Assembly: GCA_964402035.1 (NCBI GenBank)
Contig: CAYOAM010000001.1
Coordinates: 24,261-88,260, forward strand
Direction: 5' to 3'
DNA length: 64,000 nucleotides
Source of the DNA: an uncultured Candidatus Saccharibacteria bacterium
GTDB lineage: Bacteria; Patescibacteriota; Minisyncoccia; Phycocordibacterales; UBA918
This document shows positions 47,369-56,524 of this stretch, piece by piece. Position 1 is the first letter of the stretch; each line of letters opens with the position of its first letter. The notes below the pieces were generated by a model that was not told the origin of the DNA, made no database searches, and worked only from the letters and a program-made list of their open reading frames with translations. The translations under genes and the position numbers were made by a program.

Positions 47369-48283
47369 TTAGTGCACAAGGAAAGTTTCGACATCATTAA
47401 GGATTTTTTCGCGTTCTTCCGCCGTGTACCAGTGCACATTCTCCATCTTCTTTAGCCACATACGTTGACGTTTTGCGTATTGCCAGACTTTTTCAATGAG
47501 TGTTTGTTCTAGCTTTGATTCCGGAATTTCACCATTGAGATATTGAATAACCACGCGGTATTCTAGACCAATTTCCATCAGTCGCTTTTGGGGTAGCCCT
47601 CCCGCCAGTACTCTTTTTGTTTCTTCGATGAGTCCTTTTGCTAGCGTCTGCTTGAGTCTTTTTGCAATGCGCTCGCGAAGTATGTCTGCGGGTACGTCGA
47701 TTCCGATCGTGTAGGTATCGTAGCTCGGTTCCGTTTTTGTCGGTATTGGCACAGCACCGAGAGCACTTACGATTTCGAGTGCTCGTACGAGTCTGCGACG
47801 ATTTTTTGTATCGATGTTTGCGGCTCTGGCAGGGTCAAGAACCTTGAGTCTCTCAATGAGTATGTCAGTGGATAGGCTTTCAAGCTCGGCACGGAGTGGT
47901 GCATTGGGTGCTACATGAGGGAGTGTTTTTGCACCAAGGAGTGCCTCGACATAGAAAAAAGTACCACCGACAACGATGGGTACGTGCGCGCGCGAACTAA
48001 TCTCTTCAATGATCTTTGCTGCATCATGTACAAATGTTGCAGCGGTGTATATTTCTGCGGGTTCTCGGCAGTCTATGAGGTGGTGGGGGATATTCCGCAT
48101 TTCAGCAGCCGTGATTTTTTCGGTACCAATATCAAGGCCTTTATACACTTGGCGCGAGTCAACTGATATTATTTCTCCTTGCAATGTTTCAGCCAAAAAG
48201 AGGGAAAGGGAAGTCTTTCCCGATGCCGTTGGTCCGACAACGATCACAACTTTTGGCAATTTTTTAGAGACAATTTCCGACAT
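47369..48283 (-). CDS. miaA: tRNA dimethylallyltransferase
   Basis: GPTASGKT, DSRQVY, DIGT.K, PHHLID, VGGT, YAKRQ. Confidence 0.96.
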   Translation of the reverse strand: MSEIVSKKLPKVVIVVGPTASGKTSLSLFLAETLQGEIISVDSRQVYKGLDIGTEKITAAEMRNIPHHLIDCREPAEIYTAATFVHDAAKIIEEISSRAHVPIVVGGTFFYVEALLGAKTLPHVAPNAPLRAELESLSTDILIERLKVLDPARAANIDTKNRRRLVRALEIVSALGAVPIPTKTEPSYDTYTIGIDVPADILRERIAKRLKQTLAKGLIEETKRVLAGGLPQKRLMEIGLEYRVVIQYLNGEIPESKLEQTLIEKVWQYAKRQRMWLKKMENVHWYTAEEREKILNDVETFLVH

Positions 48284-48332
48284 ATTGTCGCTATGGTATC
48301 ATAATGGTTCATTATCGATATAATCTTTAAAT

Positions 48333-48935
48333 ATGGAATCATCACACTGTTGCGATATGGATTGGGGTAGTCTATCGGTTGGAGATACCGTGCCCGAAGA
48401 ACTTTCGTTTGAGGTGTTTCAAGATGAAGCAATCAAAAAGATGAGTTTTAAGGATCTGCGTGGGAGTTGGGCGGTCATTTTCTTTTATCCTGCAGACTTT
48501 ACCTTTGTGTGCCCGACAGAATTGGGTGAGATGGCTGACCACTATGCGGCCTTCAAAAAAGAAGGGGCTGAAATTGTCTCGTTCTCAACTGATAGCGTGC
48601 ATGTGCACAAGGCGTGGCATGATCAGTCACCAACGATAAAGAAGATTACATTCCCGATGGGAGCTGATACATCACATGCGGTATCATCTGCCTTTGGTGT
48701 TCTCATTGAGGAAGAGGGTCAGACACACCGAGGTACGTTTATTGTGAGCCCTGATGGGGTTATTAAGGCAGTTGAAATCAATCACGATTCTATCGGTCGC
48801 GCTGCAAAAGAGACGCTGCGTAAAGTGAAGGCAGCGAAGTATGTTTCTGAACATCCTGGCAATGTGTGTCCTGCAAGTTGGGAAGAGGGGGATAGTACGC
48901 TAAAGCCTGGACTTGATTTGGTGGGGAAGATATAG
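48333..48935 (+). CDS. ahpC: 2-Cys peroxiredoxin AhpC
   Basis: FFYPADFTFVCPTE and VCPASW. Confidence 0.92.
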   Translation: MESSHCCDMDWGSLSVGDTVPEELSFEVFQDEAIKKMSFKDLRGSWAVIFFYPADFTFVCPTELGEMADHYAAFKKEGAEIVSFSTDSVHVHKAWHDQSPTIKKITFPMGADTSHAVSSAFGVLIEEEGQTHRGTFIVSPDGVIKAVEINHDSIGRAAKETLRKVKAAKYVSEHPGNVCPASWEEGDSTLKPGLDLVGKI

Positions 48936-48962
48936 AACTTCTTATTAATTAGTGAGAAAGAA

Positions 48963-48990
48963 AAAATCGGCACCGCGTGGTGCCGATTTT
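48963..48990. terminator. Bidirectional terminator
   Basis: aaaatcggcacc-gcgt-ggtgccgatttt. Confidence 0.8.
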
Positions 48991-49001
48991 GAAGAACATG
49001 A

Positions 49002-49745
49002 TCATCTACGAGATGCTGCGATGTCTCGTATCATCTCAAATCGCTCTGCAATTTCCTTTGGTTTTCCTGTTCTTGTGATAGGTCGACCAACGATGAGTAC
49101 GTCAGCACCAGCGTCGCATGCCTCTTTCGGTGTTGCTCTATTCACTTGGTTATCTGTTGGGTCATCGGGCATACGAATTCCTGGGACAAAAAACTGGGGA
49201 CGGCAGAGCTTTCCGACTGTACGGGAAATGATTCTGATGTCCCGTGCGCCACACACGAACTGAGTGATACCGTGTTCTGCGGCGTGCAAAGAGAGCTCCC
49301 GAAGGGCCTCCTCTCTCGAGCGATTAAAAATACGCCGTACGTCTTCGTCCGTAAACCATGTTGGTACGGTCACTGCTATTACTCGATCGATGAGCTTGGC
49401 TTTTTGTAGACTTACGAACATCGATGAGCTACTCATAGCATGTATTGTCACAAGATGTGCGCCTTGCCAGAGGTCATTGGTGACTGCTCCGACAACCGTG
49501 GGACCAGTATCGCCCCATTTGTTGTCTAGAAGGACTCGCGACCGCAATCCTGGTAGTACAGAGTGACGTGCGCGATTCAAGGTCGCCTTCAAATCGAGTC
49601 CCACCCCACTCGCGGGGAGATGTACTTTGTAGTCGGTACATCCTTTTTCTTTCAGCGCATACATGATGTCGCTGAAGTTTCGCATGAAGGAGATGTGTTC
49701 TTGCTCAGTATCTGGCGGATCGAGTGCGGCCATAACGTCAGCCAT
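49002..49745 (-). CDS. pyrF: Orotidine-5'-phosphate decarboxylase (divergent)
   Basis: ALD, YKV, LDNKWGDT..T (DxKxxD), TIH, PGIR, Q.NR.TP, IVGRPIT. Confidence 0.85.
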   Translation of the reverse strand: MADVMAALDPPDTEQEHISFMRNFSDIMYALKEKGCTDYKVHLPASGVGLDLKATLNRARHSVLPGLRSRVLLDNKWGDTGPTVVGAVTNDLWQGAHLVTIHAMSSSSMFVSLQKAKLIDRVIAVTVPTWFTDEDVRRIFNRSREEALRELSLHAAEHGITQFVCGARDIRIISRTVGKLCRPQFFVPGIRMPDDPTDNQVNRATPKEACDAGADVLIVGRPITRTGKPKEIAERFEMIRDIAASRR

Positions 49746-49881
49746 TGCGTTTCTCCCTGTCGAGGATCAAAATCCTTTCGAGTTATATAGGAAAAGAGGA
49801 CTTTGGGCAAACTTCTGTGATGGAGTGGCGGGGTCACAAAAGCAATAGTCATTGTTGCTACGCAACATCTCCTTTGTTTTG

Positions 49882-49962
49882 TGCTGGAGATGGGACTTGA
49901 ACCCATAAGCCTTGCGGCATGCGATTTTGAGTCGCACGTGTATACCATTCCACCACTCCAGC
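49882..49962 (-). tRNA. tRNA-Leu(CAA)
   Basis: GCTGGAG/CTCCAGC acceptor stem, TGCGA-CT-CAA-AA-TCGCA, variable arm, GTTCAAGTCC. Confidence 0.95.
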
Positions 49963-49976
49963 AATATATTCGATTT

Positions 49977-50017
49977 TACCACCTGCCTGCCGGCAGGCAG
50001 GTTCCACCACTCCAGCA
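49977..50017 (-). repeat. tRNA-Leu(CAA) 5' fragment with palindrome in the D-loop, copy 1
   Basis: tacc-acctgcctgccggcaggcaggt-tccaccactccagca. Confidence 0.9.
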
Positions 50018-50021
50018 ATAT

Positions 50022-50261
50022 TTATTTTCCAATACTTTTCAAGAATTCTCTACCTGCACCTGACTTGAGATATTTTTCTCTTGTCCGAGCAGCTGTCCTC
50101 GTATCATATACTTCGCTGTAAATCAGAGCAACAGGCAGGTACCGCTTTGTGGTTTTACTGTATCCACTCGTATGCTCGTACAGTCTTCGCGACAAATCAC
50201 TGGTCATTCCGGTATAGTGGAATTTTTTCAGTTTATTTTCTAGAACATAGACCGTGTACAT
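50022..50261 (-). CDS. Minimal GIY-YIG nuclease (79 aa)
   Basis: YTVYVL...HYTGMT.DL.RRL.EH..G..KTT...A..RE.YLKSG.GR. Confidence 0.92.
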   Translation of the reverse strand: MYTVYVLENKLKKFHYTGMTSDLSRRLYEHTSGYSKTTKRYLPVALIYSEVYDTRTAARTREKYLKSGAGREFLKSIGK

Positions 50262-50271
50262 AGGTGCACAT

Positions 50272-50317
50272 GTGTATACCACCTGCCTGCCGGCAGGCAG
50301 GTTCCACCACTCCAGCA
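50272..50317 (-). repeat. tRNA-Leu(CAA) 5' fragment with palindrome in the D-loop, copy 2
   Basis: gtgtatacc-acctgcctgccggcaggcaggt-tccaccactccagca; 300 bp from copy 1. Confidence 0.9.
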
Positions 50318-50469
50318 TTTAATATTTTCTTCAATCAAATTTGCTCCAACTATCAGCGTTGTAGATGGTAAACCTACAATTGACTTATTTCAGCACAAAA
50401 GCTCTGTCCGTAGAGTGTATCAACAATTCACTCTATTCTCAATATTCTCTGTGATACAATGACCCCGAT

Positions 50470-51504
50470 ATGTCATTTCAAAACGACGCAATTTTCTGGG
50501 TAGAGGTTCATAAAATACAGCCAAATCCGTATCAACCACGACGTGAATTTGACGAATCAAAACTCAAAGAGCTTGCAGAATCTATACGTCAGTACGGCGT
50601 TTTGCAACCACTCGTAGTAACGCGAAAAGAAGTGCCAAAAGACGACGGCGGCATTTCGGTAGAGTATGAGTTGATTGCAGGAGAGCGACGTCTGCGCGCG
50701 TCGCGCCTAGCTGGCATAGGGCAGGTACCAGTCATTATCCGCGATGGAGCGGAAAGTGATCACATGAAGCTCGAGCTTGCGATCATTGAAAATTTGCAAC
50801 GCGAGGACCTCAATGCGGTTGATCGCGCACGCGCCTTTAAACAACTTGCAGATGAGTTTAGTCTTTCACATACACAGGTAGCACAGAAAGTTGGCCGTAG
50901 TCGTGAGTATGTTTCAAATACTATCCGATTGCTCTTGCTCCCTGATGATATTTTGACAGCACTTGGGCAGGGACATATCGCCGAGGGTCATGCGCGCACG
51001 ATTTTGATGCTCAATGACCGGCCACAAGAACAAAACGTCATATTTAAAGAAATTTTGCTCAAGAAACTTTCGGTGCGTGAAGTAGAACGGATCACACGAA
51101 AGCTGGCGACTGATAAGGTGAGAAAAAAAAGTTGGGGCGGTATTGATCTTGAAATTATTGAGATGGAAAAGCAATTGACAGAGGCACTCGGCACACGTGT
51201 ACAAATTGCAAAGACGGACTTCGGCGGCAAAGTAGTGATCGATTATTTTTCCCCTGATGATTTGCAAAAACTACTCCACATGATGGTGGAAGCAGATCTC
51301 AAGGTATCGCAGGTGCCCGTTCCTGAGATGGAAAAGTCTGCACCCTTAAGTGTTGCTGCGGCTATTGAAGAAGTATTGGCACCTACTGAAGTCTCCGCAA
51401 CTATCGAGGAAGTGGCTACTCCTCCTGTCGATGACCGTCCTCTTGAGGAACAAAAGCAAGAGGACGACACCGACCTATACGCCATTAAGAATTTTTCGCT
51501 TTGA
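50470..51504 (+). CDS. parB: ParB/Spo0J partition protein
   Basis: PNPYQPR, GVLQP, LIAGERR.RA, ENLQREDL, HTH. Confidence 0.93.
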   Translation: MSFQNDAIFWVEVHKIQPNPYQPRREFDESKLKELAESIRQYGVLQPLVVTRKEVPKDDGGISVEYELIAGERRLRASRLAGIGQVPVIIRDGAESDHMKLELAIIENLQREDLNAVDRARAFKQLADEFSLSHTQVAQKVGRSREYVSNTIRLLLLPDDILTALGQGHIAEGHARTILMLNDRPQEQNVIFKEILLKKLSVREVERITRKLATDKVRKKSWGGIDLEIIEMEKQLTEALGTRVQIAKTDFGGKVVIDYFSPDDLQKLLHMMVEADLKVSQVPVPEMEKSAPLSVAAAIEEVLAPTEVSATIEEVATPPVDDRPLEEQKQEDDTDLYAIKNFSL

Positions 51505-53026
51505 GTTCTGCAACCTGTTGTCTGATGTGACGTTGAGCGAGCGTGGTTTTTGCAAAATCTACCCACTTGAGTGTAGGCCTGCTATTTTGCTTGGTGAGTA
51601 TTTCGACGATGTCGCCATTATGGAGTGACGTATGAAGTTGCACGAGTTTGTTGTTTACCTTTGCGCCGAACATATGATTGCCGATGTCGGTGTGAATAGC
51701 GTAGGCAAAATCAATAGCGGAGGCTCCGATCGGCAGATCAATAACGTCACCTTTTGGCGTAAACGCAAAGATGCGGTGTCCAAAAAAATCTTCACGCAGT
51801 CCGGCAACAAACTCGCCTGTGTTCTCTGTCTCTTTATGTGCATTAGCAATCTCCTTTATCCAGTTGGGCACTTGATCGAGATTGTATTCTTTGCTCGTAG
51901 TGATTGCTGATGGTTGACGTGCTGATCGTGCCCACCTAAATGGTCGAAAGAGCATGGGAATCAAGTCTGTCATTCGGCTCGTGAGTGCTTGCCCAGTTTG
52001 TTGTTGCTTGTATGCAAGGTGCGACGCAACACCAAACTCAGATCCTTGATGCATCTCCTCAGTTCGTATCTGAACTTCTAAAATAATGCCGTCCTGTGTT
52101 ATGACCGTGGTGTGTAGTGATTGGTATCCGTTGGGTTTCGGAAATGCAATATAGTCTTTTACGCGTTGGGGGAGTGGCCTCCAGAGTTGGTGCACAATAC
52201 CAAGGGCTTGGTAGCAGGTATCGACGGTAGGGGTCACTATGCGTAGTGCAAAGAGATCGTAGATTTTGTCCATGTCCCAGTCTCGCCGTTCTAGTTTACG
52301 AAAGAGGCTGTACATACCCTTGATGCGATGATGCGTCTTAAAGTCTTTTACTTCAACCGCAAGCTTTTTTTGTAATGTCTTGCGTAGTCTTTCGAGCTTT
52401 TCAAGGCTATCTTTCATGTGTGGGCGCACGAGTTCTAGCACGCGTTCGTACTCTTTTGGATATACGTAGGGAAAGGCAAGATCTTCGAGTTCCTTGCGTA
52501 TGCGACCCATACCCAGGCGGTGTGCTACGGGAACATAAATTTCAAGTGTCTCGCGCGCAATACGGAGTTGTTTCTCTTTCGGAACATGCTCAAACGTCTG
52601 CATATTGTGGAGACGGTCCACCAGCTTGATAATGAGCACACGAATATCTTCACTCGTAGCAACAAATAGCTTGCGCAGACTCTCATTGTGTCGATCGACA
52701 CCATGATAGCGCACGGAACCCAACTTGGTGACTCCTTCGATAAGAAAAAGAATTTCAGGTCCAAACTCAGCTTTGATAGTTTCTGTTGTTACGCCCGTAT
52801 CTTCAATAGTGTCATGGAGCAGTCCCGCGGAAACAGTTTTTGGCCCCATCCCCATTTCAGCCAACATGTCGGCAACGGTCGCCAAATGGCTGAAATATGG
52901 ATCGCCTGAATAGCGCGTATGTCCCGCATGCGCTTTTTCTGCGAAATAGTACGCTTTTTCTACCGTTGCTCGGTCTTCTTTCTGAGTCGATGAAAGGTGT
53001 GAGAGTATTGATTTGAGATCAGCCAT
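51485..53026 (-). CDS. RelA/SpoT homolog (HD + synthetase + TGS, no ACT)
   Basis: LLHDTIED, DRLHNM, PKPNGYQSLHT, EVQIRT, DFAYAIHT. Confidence 0.93.
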   Translation of the reverse strand: MADLKSILSHLSSTQKEDRATVEKAYYFAEKAHAGHTRYSGDPYFSHLATVADMLAEMGMGPKTVSAGLLHDTIEDTGVTTETIKAEFGPEILFLIEGVTKLGSVRYHGVDRHNESLRKLFVATSEDIRVLIIKLVDRLHNMQTFEHVPKEKQLRIARETLEIYVPVAHRLGMGRIRKELEDLAFPYVYPKEYERVLELVRPHMKDSLEKLERLRKTLQKKLAVEVKDFKTHHRIKGMYSLFRKLERRDWDMDKIYDLFALRIVTPTVDTCYQALGIVHQLWRPLPQRVKDYIAFPKPNGYQSLHTTVITQDGIILEVQIRTEEMHQGSEFGVASHLAYKQQQTGQALTSRMTDLIPMLFRPFRWARSARQPSAITTSKEYNLDQVPNWIKEIANAHKETENTGEFVAGLREDFFGHRIFAFTPKGDVIDLPIGASAIDFAYAIHTDIGNHMFGAKVNNKLVQLHTSLHNGDIVEILTKQNSRPTLKWVDFAKTTLAQRHIRQQVAELKAKNS

Positions 53027-53066
53027 ACATACTATTGTATGCTCATGTACGGTCTATGTAAAACAA

Positions 53067-53108
53067 GTCAGTCCTCATATGCGCATTTGAGCGCAAATGA
53101 GGACTGAC
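53067..53108. terminator. Hairpin between topA and relA/spoT
   Basis: gtcagtcctcat...atgaggactgac. Confidence 0.55.
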
Positions 53109-53168
53109 ATCATAGGTGTTTTCTAGGACAGCTATGGCCCCGGACTTGTCGCTCGTCTCGAAAACATG

Positions 53169-55505
53169 CTACCCCTGTTTAATGATCTCAAGTGCCTCAG
53201 CTACGGTAATTTTTTCTGGATCTATATTGTCGGGAAGTACAACGCGTTTAAATCCGCGTTTAAAGAATTTCTTATCCTTGGTTGCGTAGAGGCGAATCGG
53301 TTTTTTGGTGCGCGGATGAAGTCCAATTTCCCGAAAGAGCGTCTCGCCGGCGCGTGTCTTTTTTGGTTCTTTAAAAATAGCGAGCGCTCGCTCAAGATCG
53401 ATCGAGTAGGGATCGTCGGTCTTGAGGGATCGGAAGTCGGCTTCGTGTACTACGTACGGGCCAAACTTTCCAATGTTAGCCGATATGTTTTTACCCGTAT
53501 CAGGATGTGTTCCAAGTATGCGCGGCAAAGACAAATAGTGTAATGCTTGTGCAAGATCAACGGTACTGGGGTCAACACCTTTTGGAATACTAGAGCGACG
53601 AGGATGCTTTTCTTTTTTTGTTTTTTCACCGAGTTGCACATACGGACCAAATCGTCCGGTGAGAACAAAGACCGGCATGGTGGTAGTAGGATCAATCCCG
53701 ATAGGCTCTTCGGGTTTAATTTCTGTTCCATCAATCATGCGTGCACCCATACATGCGGGGAATTTTTCGCACGATAAAAACTTGCCTCCGCGGCCAAGCT
53801 TGATAACCATGCCACTCTTGCACAGTGGACAAATATATTTTGGATCGGCATCTCCCAAGTTTGTGAGTTTTTCGATGTCCTCTTTTGCGTTGACCGCTTT
53901 GTGAAATGGCGTATAGAACTGCTTAAGTGTCGTCGTATAGGCATGAGACCCATCAGCAATACCATCAAGTTTGTCTTCCATTTCACTCGTGAATGTATCA
54001 CTGATGTAGTCTGCAAAATGCTTTTCCAGAAAACTAGATACCACATCTCCTGTGTCTGTTGGCATGAGTGTACGACCAACTTTCTCAACATATCCACGAT
54101 CAATAATATTTTTCATGGTCGAGGCGTAGGTCGACGGTCTGCCGATACCACGTTTTTCAAGCTCCTTAATAAGCCCAGCCTCGGTATAGCGTGATGGTGG
54201 TTGCGTCTCTTTTGTCTCTGTTTCAACAGATACAAATTTCAAAGGATCAGCGGACCTAACGAGCGGTACCTCCACATCTTCACCGCGTGCGGCAGGGTCA
54301 GCCTTGAGCCACCCGTCAAACATGACGCGCGATCCGTGCGTGGCAAAAGCAGGAATCTTTTCGGACGTGGCTATTGTTGCAGTTATTTTTGTTCGATTCA
54401 CGATGGCGTCTGACATTTGCGATGCTACTGCACGCGCAAAAATAAGTCGGTACAAGGTGCGCTGTTCTTCATTGTTTCCTGCGCTTTCGGCGCTAAAGTT
54501 TGTTGGCCGTATGGCTTCATGCGCTTCTTGCGCGGATTTGCTTTTGGTGGTGTGTACGCGTGGGCTCAAGTACTGCGCTCCAAATGTTTGTGTAATGTAG
54601 CTATGGATTTCTCGCTTTGCGATATCACTTATGGAAACACTGTCGGTACGCATGTACGTGATATGACCTTCTTCGTAGAGTTTCTGCGCAACACCCATGG
54701 TGCGTGATGGGGCATAGCCGAGACGTGTAGAAGCGACTTGCTGCAGCGTTGATGTCGTAAATGGTGGGCGTGTGGTGCGCTTTTGTTCTGTCTCTTTTAC
54801 ATCTACGACTGACCATGCATGTTTTTTTGCTTCTTTTTCAATAAGATCTGCGATAGCTTTATCACTCGGCTCATCTTCGCACGTGAGGAGTAATGTCTCA
54901 CCTTTTGGTGTTGTAGTGGTTGCACGGATTACATAAAAAGTTTCAGCAATAAATGCGCGAATCTCTCGCTCGCGCTCCATGATGATGCGCAAGGCGGGAG
55001 ACTGTACACGACCGGCTGAGAGACCGTAGCGAACTTTTTTCCAAATGAGTCCTGATAGATCGTACCCCACGAGTCGGTCGAGGACACGACGTGCTTCTTG
55101 TGCTTCACGAAGATGCGTGTCGATCGCTCGTGGGTGTTCAATAGCAGCAAGTACAGCCGGCTTGGTGATTTCATGAAAGACCACACGTTTTGGGTGTTTG
55201 TGTAGATCTTTAAGCATTTCGGCGACATGCCAGGCGATTGCTTCTCCTTCACGATCGGGGTCTGTTGCAAGGAGCACAAACTCGGCTTTTTTTGCTGCCT
55301 CACGCAAATCTTGGATAACTTTTTCTTTACCTTTTGAGACCTCGTAGTGGGGAATAAATCCTCCCTTGATGTCGATGGCTTTGTCATTGTTTTTTGGCAA
55401 ATCACGAACATGACCCACAGACGCTTTGACGTGGTAATGTTTTCCCAAATATTTTTCTATTGTCTTTGCTTTCGCTGGTGACTCTACAATAACTAGCGTG
55501 CTCAT
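53169..55505 (-). CDS. topA: DNA topoisomerase I
   Basis: IVESPAKAK, ATDPDREGE, SAGRVQS, ITYMRTDS, one Zn ribbon plus C-terminal repeats. Confidence 0.97.
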   Translation of the reverse strand: MSTLVIVESPAKAKTIEKYLGKHYHVKASVGHVRDLPKNNDKAIDIKGGFIPHYEVSKGKEKVIQDLREAAKKAEFVLLATDPDREGEAIAWHVAEMLKDLHKHPKRVVFHEITKPAVLAAIEHPRAIDTHLREAQEARRVLDRLVGYDLSGLIWKKVRYGLSAGRVQSPALRIIMEREREIRAFIAETFYVIRATTTTPKGETLLLTCEDEPSDKAIADLIEKEAKKHAWSVVDVKETEQKRTTRPPFTTSTLQQVASTRLGYAPSRTMGVAQKLYEEGHITYMRTDSVSISDIAKREIHSYITQTFGAQYLSPRVHTTKSKSAQEAHEAIRPTNFSAESAGNNEEQRTLYRLIFARAVASQMSDAIVNRTKITATIATSEKIPAFATHGSRVMFDGWLKADPAARGEDVEVPLVRSADPLKFVSVETETKETQPPSRYTEAGLIKELEKRGIGRPSTYASTMKNIIDRGYVEKVGRTLMPTDTGDVVSSFLEKHFADYISDTFTSEMEDKLDGIADGSHAYTTTLKQFYTPFHKAVNAKEDIEKLTNLGDADPKYICPLCKSGMVIKLGRGGKFLSCEKFPACMGARMIDGTEIKPEEPIGIDPTTTMPVFVLTGRFGPYVQLGEKTKKEKHPRRSSIPKGVDPSTVDLAQALHYLSLPRILGTHPDTGKNISANIGKFGPYVVHEADFRSLKTDDPYSIDLERALAIFKEPKKTRAGETLFREIGLHPRTKKPIRLYATKDKKFFKRGFKRVVLPDNIDPEKITVAEALEIIKQG

Positions 55506-55543
55506 GTGTTCAACAAATACTAGGTTCTATTGATACTGTCAAA

Positions 55544-56425
55544 TCATAAGCGGTCAGTGATGCGCATAATCACGCCATGTTCTTCGCGAATATAACCACC
55601 AAGTTCAAGAAGGGTGATAGTCTGTTGTGTGTCTACTATTGGAAGAGCAAGTATGCGAATTAATGCATCTTTTTGTAGCGGTGTTTCGAGTGCCGCAAGG
55701 ATTTTGTGCTCGACGGTATCGCGTGCGAAAGTATGATGTGTCGTCTCGGTAGCGTGTGGCTTAATATGTAGTACTTCTAATATATCCGTAGCGTTTGTAA
55801 TAGGTGTTGCACCATCGCGCAGCAACATATGGGGACCATAACTCCCACGAGAAAAAATTGAACCAGGGATAACGAGCACATCTCGATTGTAGTCGAGTGC
55901 GAGACGTGCGGTGATGAGTGTTCCTGATTTTTCACCCGCTTCCACAATCAGTGTTGCGTGTGACATACCTGCCATGATCCTATTTCTGCGAGGAAATGCC
56001 CACGTGGTCGCTGTAAAGAGCGGTTCGTACTCTGAAAGGATACCTCCACCAGATTCCAGTATTTTTTTTGCGAGTCTACGATGTGTCGGTGGATAGAGCA
56101 CGTCATCATGTACGCCAGAACCGGGAACTGCGAGTGAATGTAGATTGGCGTCGAGCGCTGCTTCGTGTGCGATCCCGTCAATGCCGAGTGCAAGTCCCGA
56201 TACAATAGTAATGGGGTAACTTGCGAGCCCCTTGATGAGCATCTTTGTGGCTTCCTTACCGTAGGCGGAACAGTGGCGTGAACCCACCACCGCAAGTAAG
56301 CTGTTTTCTGTCGGTGGTAGTGTGCCGCGCAGGTACAAGGTTTTTGGACCGTCAGGAATCTCAGCAAGAAGGTGCGGGAAATCAGCGGGTTCGAGCGTGA
56401 TTATTGGAAAGCGAATATCCTCCAT
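55544..56425 (-). CDS. dprA: DNA-processing protein DprA
   Basis: AVVGSR, VSGLALGID, FPRRNRI, EA..KSG.LITA. Confidence 0.95.
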   Translation of the reverse strand: MEDIRFPIITLEPADFPHLLAEIPDGPKTLYLRGTLPPTENSLLAVVGSRHCSAYGKEATKMLIKGLASYPITIVSGLALGIDGIAHEAALDANLHSLAVPGSGVHDDVLYPPTHRRLAKKILESGGGILSEYEPLFTATTWAFPRRNRIMAGMSHATLIVEAGEKSGTLITARLALDYNRDVLVIPGSIFSRGSYGPHMLLRDGATPITNATDILEVLHIKPHATETTHHTFARDTVEHKILAALETPLQKDALIRILALPIVDTQQTITLLELGGYIREEHGVIMRITDRL

Positions 56426-56524
56426 ACTATATAAAAAGTGTAGCATGGGGTGTCATGGCTCGGTGGTATTGGCGTATATCTCGCTATGCGGTAGCATGTT
56501 GTATACTATGATGCATTCATATAT

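Noticed and set aside
49767-50318. Two ORFs starting MLEWWNLPAGRQVV
   Set aside because: The shared N-terminus is the translated tRNA fragment plus palindrome. The 83-aa ORF runs through the tRNA, and the GIY-YIG more plausibly starts at ATG 50261.
51485-51504. 20-bp convergent overlap of parB and relA/spoT
   Set aside because: This is an ordinary feature of compact genomes.
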